From Phoronis australis (lineage: Eukaryota; Animalia; Phoronida), in assembly GCA_002633005.1 (NCBI GenBank), contig NMRA01000071.1, positions 27,842 to 91,841 on the forward strand: DNA of 64,000 nucleotides. The letters run 5' to 3'. A model generated the notes under the pieces. It was not told the DNA's origin. It saw only the letters and a program-made list of their open reading frames with translations, and made no database searches. Both the position numbers and the translations under genes were made by a program. This document shows, piece after piece, positions 63,020 through 64,000 of this stretch (position 1 is the first letter of the stretch; each line of letters opens with the position of its first letter).

Positions 63020-64000
63020 ACAGATCAACATTGTCAGTATCATGTAGCAAGTCAACGCATCCAGTATCTTAGAGCAAGTCAACATGGCCAATATCACACA
63101 GCAAGTCAACATGGTCAGTATCATACAGCAAGTCAGCATGGCCAGTATCATACAGCAACTCAAAATGGTCAATATCATACAGCAAGTGAACACGGTCAGT
63201 ATCATACAGCAAGACAACTAGGTATTTATCATACAGTAAGTCAACAAGGTCAGTATCATACAGCAAGTCAACATCGTCAGTATCACACAGCAAGTCAACA
63301 AGGTCAGTATCATACAGCAAGTCAACAAGCAGGGCTTGGAATGACCAATGACAAAAAAGCGGAAATTTTTACGGCCCAAAACATGCGCGCACCCAGCCTT
63401 GAAATAGTCGATGTGGACCTCTTGCCAACAAAAACCGGAAGGACTAAAAAAAAGGCAGCACCTCCAGAAGCGTGCGTCTGCGTATTTTTAGCTCGTCCAT
63501 TTTTGGCTGCAGAGTCGTAGTATTTGTCACCGCGCTTTACAATCACACGAGACGCTATTGAAGAAATCCACCACGCTATCCCAGATGCCCCGGCAATGTT
63601 GACAATTTACGTTTCTCCGAAACATAAAGAGCAACTTCCGCTTTTCGAGGTGAAAGTCGTCGGCAACGCCGTGGTAAGAAAGAAATTTGCCGTGGAAATT
63701 TTATATCAAATCCGATTTTTTTTTTACCCGGAAATATAATAAAATACGCAGACAGAACATTTGAAAAAAGCAGAAATCCGCGTTTCCGTGGAAAATTCCA
63801 AGCCTTGAACAAGGTCAGTATCATACAGCAAGTGAACAAGGCCAGTACCATACAGCAAGTCAACAAGGTCAGCATGATACAGCAAGTCAACATGGTCAGC
63901 ATGATACAGCAAGTCAACAAGGTCAGTATCATACAGCAAGTCAACAAGGTCAGCATCATACAGCAAGTCAACATGGTCAGCATGATACAGCAAGTCAACA
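63020..64000. repeat. 27-bp intronic minisatellite interrupted by a MITE
   Basis: unit cagcaagtcaacatggtcagtatcata. Confidence 0.92.
63330..63807. mobile_element. MITE with ~13-bp TIRs inserted in the minisatellite
   Basis: cagggcttggaat / attccaagccttg; aacaag duplicated on both flanks. Confidence 0.75.

Overview
Eukaryotic (invertebrate animal, AT-rich, draft assembly with N gaps) genomic DNA, mostly introns packed with nested transposons and minisatellites. Minus strand, right end: the last four coding exons of unc-13/Munc13 (MUN end plus C2C domain), all splice sites and phases consistent. Plus strand: a phase-compatible chain of small exons, largely missed by the ORF track. Spliced by eye, it gives a helical domain resembling Cry delta-endotoxin domain I (Endotoxin_N / jellyfish-toxin-like; exons 27718-43438). 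It is preceded by a duplicated Kunitz-like exon (4671-4964) and a micro-exon with a KR site (21331-21366), and followed by FN2 (46837-46995) and kringle (49233-49496) exons. This is a candidate modular, intron-containing pore-forming toxin gene, or two adjacent genes. Mobile elements: a decayed LINE (APE+RT) split by an Academ-like long-TIR element and a Kolobok element; a gypsy-like LTR retrotransposon with atypical ends and a nested Kolobok; four THAP-bearing Kolobok-type derivatives in total, three of them also with KolX-like remnants; Penelope remnants with hammerhead motifs; a tRNA-headed element ending in a hammerhead-like tail; several MITEs. All family assignments are by motif recognition, not database search.
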